Source: Eukaryota sp. TZLM1-RC (Eukaryota > Protista > Metamonada: BaSk clade). Taken from it: a stretch of DNA of 64,000 nucleotides. Of this stretch, positions 58,825-64,000 are shown in pieces (the first letter of the stretch is position 1; every line of letters begins with the position of its first letter). Below the pieces are notes generated by a model. The model saw only the letters and a list, made by a program, of their open reading frames with translations, had not been told where the DNA came from and ran no database searches. The translations under genes were made by a program, and so were the position numbers. Where the stretch lies: the NCBI GenBank assembly GCA_040285825.1, contig JAUPSS010000003.1, positions 3,660,616 to 3,724,615 on the forward strand, written 5' to 3'.

Positions 58825-61800
58825 AGGTGAATTGCATGTAGTCCTTATGTACTAGATGTGATCAACTTGTGATCAAACTTTGTGTGAAATTGTGTGTGAG
58901 TAATGTTGGACATGTGTTACCTGATCAGTACAAACTCATGATTACATTTTCAATTGATTTTGTATATATTTGAATTAATTGAGTTTATTAATTTTTAAAC
59001 ATTAAATTGTAAAAATAGTAAAAAATCAAAAAGTATACAATTGAATGTTGCAAACTAATAAAACCATTGCTGTAAGTGTAAGAGTATCGTTTTTGATACG
59101 ATTTACTGAGGCTCATATGAAGTTCCTAGTTTCGTATATTGACCAATGGTTGTTTATTACAATCATTGGTCAAATCTTTAAAGTCCATTTTGGGACAATT
59201 AATATAACAATTGTGGTGTTAAAGTCCGTGCTATGGTCATTTGAGTAGTCATTGGTATGATTGGTTGAATGGTCATTGGTGTGATTAGGTGAGTTGCATG
59301 TAGTCCTTATGTACTAGATGTGATCAACTTGTGATCAAACTTTGTGTGAAATTGTGTGTGAGTAATGTTGGCTATGTGTTACTTGATCAGTACAAACTCA
59401 TGATTACATTTTCAATTGATTTTGTATATATTTGAATTAATTGAGTTTATTAATTTTTAAACATTAAATTGTAAAAATAGTAAAAATCAAAAGTATACAA
59501 TTGAATGTTGCAAACTAATAAAACCATTGCTGTAAGTGTAAGAGTATCGTTTTTGATACGATTTACTGAGGCTCATATGAAGTTCCTAGTTTCGTATATT
59601 GACCAATGGTTGTTTTTTACAATCATTGGTCAAATCTTTAAAGTCCATTTTGGGACAATTATTATAACAATTGTGGTGTTAAAGTCCGTGCTATGGTCAT
59701 TTGAGTAGTCATTGGTATGATTGGTTGAATGGTCATTGGTATGATTAGGTGAATTGCATGTAGTCCTTATGTACTAGATGTGATCAACTTGTGATCAAAC
59801 TTTGTGTGAAACTGTGTGTGAGTAATGTTGGCTATGTGTTACTTGATCAGTACAAACTCATGATTACATTTTCAATTGATTTTGTATATATTTGAATTCA
59901 TTGAGTTTATTAATTTTTTTAAACATTAAATTGTAAAAATAGTAAAAATCAAAAGTATACAATTGAATGTTGCAAACTAATAAAACCATTGCTGTAAGTG
60001 TAAGAGTATCGTTTTTGATACGATTTACTGAGGCTCATATGAAGTTCCTAGTTTCGTATATTGACCAATGGTTGTTTATTACAATCATTGGTCAAATCTT
60101 TAAAGTCCATTTTGGGACAATTATTTTAACAATTGTGGTGTTAAAGTTCGTGCTATGGTCATTTGGGTAGTCATTGGTATGATTGGTTGAATGGTCATTG
60201 GTGTGATTAGGTGAGTTGCATGATGTAGTCCTTATGTACTAGATGTGATCAAATTGTGATCAAAGTTTGTGTGAAATTGTGTGTGAGTAATGTTGGCTAT
60301 GTGTTACTTGATCAGTACAAACTCATGATTACATTTTCAATTGATTTTGTATATATTTGAATTAATTGAGTTTATTAATTTTTAAACATTAAATTGTAAA
60401 AATAGTAAAAAATCAAAAAGTATACAATTGAATGTTGCAAACTAATAAAACCATTGCTGTAAGTGTAAGAGTATCGTTTTTGATACGATTTACTGAGGCT
60501 CATATGAAGTTCCTAGTTTCGTATATTGACCAATGGTTGTTTATTACAATCATTGGTCAAATCTTTAAAGTCCATTTTGGGACACTTATTATAACAATTG
60601 TGGTGTTAAAGTCCGTGCTATGGTCATTTGAGTAGTCATTGGTATGATTGGTTGAATGGTCATTGGTATGATTAGGTGAATTGCATGTAGTCCTTATGTA
60701 CTAGATGTGATCAACTTGTGATCAAACTTTGTGTGAAATTGTGTGTGAGTAATGTTGGCTATGTGTTACTTGATCAGTACAAAGTCATGATTACATTTTC
60801 AATTGATTTTGTATATATTTGAATTAATTGAGTTTATTAATTTTTAAACATTAAATTGTAAAATAGTAAAAATCAAAAAAAGTATACAATTGAATGTTGT
60901 AAACTAATAAAACCATTGCTGTAAGTGTAAGAGTATCGTTTTTGATACGATTTACTGAGGCTCATATGAAGTTCCTAGTTTCGTATATTGACCAATGGTT
61001 GTTTATTACAATCATTGGTCAAATCTTTAAAGTCCATTTTGGGACAATTAATATAACAATTGTGGTGTTAAAGTCCGTGCTATGGTCATTTGAGTAGTCA
61101 TTGGTATGATTGGTTGAATGGTCATTGGTGTGATTAGGTGAGTTGCATGTAGTCCTTATGTACTAGATGTGATCAACTTGTGATCAAACTTTGTGTGAAA
61201 TTGTGTGTGAGTAATGTTGGCTATGTGTTACTTTATCAGTACAAACTCATGATTACATTTTCAATTGATTTTGTATATATTTGAATTAATTGAGTTTATT
61301 AATTTTTAAACATTAAATTGTAAAAATAGTAAAAAATCAAAAAGTATACAATTGAATGTTGCAAACTAATAAAACCATTGCTGTAAGTGTAAGAGTATCG
61401 TTTTTGATACGATTTACTGAGGCTCATATGAAGTTCCTAGTTTCGTATATTGACCAATGGTTGTTTTTTACAATCATTGGTCAAATCTTTAAAGTCCATT
61501 TTGGGACAATTATTATAACAATTGTGGTGTTAAAGTCCGTGCTATGGTCATTTGAGTAGTCATTGGTATGATTGGTTGAATGGTCATTGGTATGATTAGG
61601 TGAATTGCATGTAGTCCTTATGTACTAGATGTGATCAACTTGTGATCAAACTTTGTGTGAAACTGTGTGTGAGTAATGTTGGCTATGTGTTACTTGATCA
61701 GTACAAACTCATGATTACATTTTCAATTGATTTTGTATATATTTGAATTAATTGAGTTTATTAATTTTTAAACATTAAATTGTAAAAAAATAGTAAAAAT

Positions 61801-64000
61801 CAAAAAGTATACAATTGAATGTTGCAAACTAATAAAACCATTGCTGTAAGTGTAAGAGTATCGTTTTTGATACGATTTACTGAGGCTCATATGAAGTTCC
61901 TAGTTTCGTATATTGACCAATGGTTGTTTATTACAATCATTGGTCAAATCTTTAAAGTCCATTTTGGGACAATTATTTTAACAATTGTGGTGTTAAAGTT
62001 CGTGCTATGGTCATTTGGGTAGTCATTGGTATGATTGGTTGAATGGTCAGTGGTGTGATTAGGTGAGTTGCATGATGTAGTCCTTATGTACTAGATGTGA
62101 TCAAATTGTGATCAAAGTTTGTGTGAAACTGTGTGTGAGTAATGTTGGCTATGTGTTACTTGATCAGTACAAACTCATGATTACATTTTCAATTGATTTT
62201 GTATATATTTGAATTAATTGAGTTTATTAATTTTTAAACATTAAATTGTAAAAATAGTAAAAATCAAAAGTATACAATTGAATGTTGCAAACTAATAAAA
62301 CCATTGCTGTAAGTGTAAGAGTATCGTTTTTGATACGATTTACTGAGGCTCATATGAAGTTCCTAGTTTCGTATATTGACCAATGGTTGTTTATTACAAT
62401 CATTGGTCAAATCTTTAAAGTCCATTTTGGGACAATTATTTTAACAATTGTGGTGTTAAAGTTCGTGCTATGGTCATTTGGGTAGTCATTGGTATGATTG
62501 GTTGAATGGTCAGTGGTGTGATTAGGTGAGTTGCATGATGTAGTCCTTATGTACTAGATGTGATCAAATTGTGATCAAAGTTTGTGTGAAATTGTGTGTG
62601 AGTAATGTTGGCTATGTGTTACTTGATCAGTACAAACTCATGATTACATTTTCAATTGATTTTGTATATATTTGAATTAATTGAGTTTATTAATTTTTAA
62701 ACATTAAATTGTAAAAATAGTAAAAATCAAAAGTATACAATTGAATGTTGCAAACTAATAAAACCATTGCTGTAAGTGTAAGAGTATCGTTTTTGATACG
62801 ATTTACTGAGGCTCATATGAAGTTCCTAGTTTCGTATATTGACCAATGGTTGTTTATTACAATCATTGGTCAAATCTTTAAAGTCCATTTTGGGACACTT
62901 ATTATAACAATTGTGGTGTTAAAGTCCGTGCTATGGTCATTTGAGTAGTCATTGGTATGATTGGTTGAATGGTCATTGGTATGATTAGGTGAATTGCATG
63001 TAGTCCTTATGTACTAGATGTGATCAACTTGTGATCAAACTTTGTGTGAAATTGTGTGTGAGTAATGTTGGCTATGTGTTACTTGATCAGTACAAACTCA
63101 TGATTACATTTTCAATTGATTTTGTATATATTTGAATTAATTGAGTTTATTAATTTTTAAACATTAAATTGTAAAAATAGTAAAAAATCAAAAAGTATAC
63201 AATTGAATGTTGTAAACTAATAAAACCATTGCTGTAAGTGTAAGAGTATCGTTTTTGATACGATTTACTGAGGCTCATATGAAGTTCCTAGTTTCGTATA
63301 TTGACCAATGGTTGTTTATTACAATCATTGGTCAAATCTTTAAAGTCCATTTTGGGACAATTATTTTAACAATTGTGGTGTTAAAGTTCGTGCTATGGTC
63401 ATTTGGGTAGTCATTGGTATGATTGGTTGAATGGTCATTGGTGTGATTAGGTGAGTTGCATGTAGTCCTTATGTACTAGATGTGATCAACTTGTGATCAA
63501 ACTTTGTGTGAAATTGTGTGTGAGTAATGTTGGCTATGTGTTACTTGATCAGTACAAACTCATGATTACATTTTCAATTGATTTTGTATATTTGAATTAA
63601 TTGAGTTTTATTAATTTTAAACATTAAATTGTAAAAATAGTAAAAATCAAAAAGTATACAATTGAATGTTGCAAACTAATAAAACCATTGCTGTAAGTGT
63701 AAGAGTATCGTTTTTGATACGATTTACTGAGGCTCATATGAAGTTCCTAGTTTCATATTGACCAATGGTTGTTTATTACAATCATTGGTCAAATCTTTAA
63801 AGTCCATTTTGGGACACTTATTATAACAATTGTGGTGTTAAAGTCCGTGCTATGGTCATTTGAGTAGTCATTGGTATGATTGGTTGAATGGTCATTGGTA
63901 TGATTAGGTGAGTTGCATGTAGTCCTTATGTACTAGATGTGATCAACTTGTGATCAAACTTTGTGTGAAATTGTGTGTGAGTAATGTTGGCTATGTGTTA
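58825..64000. repeat. Tandem array of about 462-bp AT-rich units, about 11 copies, continuing past the window
   Basis: Homologous positions at 59045, 59505, 59967, 60432, about 60894, 61356, 61819, 62282, 62745, about 63207, about 63667. Confidence 0.97.

Noticed and set aside
59045-62948. Repeated 67-aa ORFs in the tandem array
   Set aside because: Broken by stops or indels in three units, no recognisable motif; a by-product of the repeat.
58825-64000. CRISPR array or 5S rDNA array
   Set aside because: Whole units repeat with no unique spacers, and no 5S rRNA motifs are seen.

Overview
AT-rich, gene-dense eukaryotic DNA from what looks like a flagellated, probably anaerobic protist (dynein heavy-chain-like gene, hybrid cluster protein homologue, eukaryotic rDNA, 27-32 nt spliceosomal introns; metamonad-like is a guess). 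Host genes end in TAA, TAG and TGA, so the code is standard. Host genes: LRR/Sfi1-like, SET-domain methyltransferase, HMG-CoA synthase, calcineurin B, V-ATPase c subunit, motor-less dynein heavy-chain-like, degenerate HCP, Sm-like, PWWP, CCDC25/NFACT-R, TMC-like channel, and two large paralogous membrane proteins with HAP2/GCS1-like motifs. These are interleaved with decayed mobile elements: two LTR retrotransposons, many RLE/CRE-type non-LTR fragments (one nested with a 13-bp TSD), three distinct Fanzor/TnpB-like loci and a MULE/SWIM remnant. The window ends with a truncated rDNA copy, further non-LTR fragments and an approximately 462-bp tandem array with higher-order structure. The most notable observations are: (1) tiny introns sharing a fixed CTTAC-NNN-A(G/T) 3' architecture, including a GC-AG and an apparent GT-AT intron; (2) a duplicated, modular HAP2-like surface protein; (3) an intact HCP that keeps its cubane cysteines but has lost almost all hybrid-cluster ligands; (4) multiple Fanzor families. 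All family assignments come from motif recognition by eye, not database searches.
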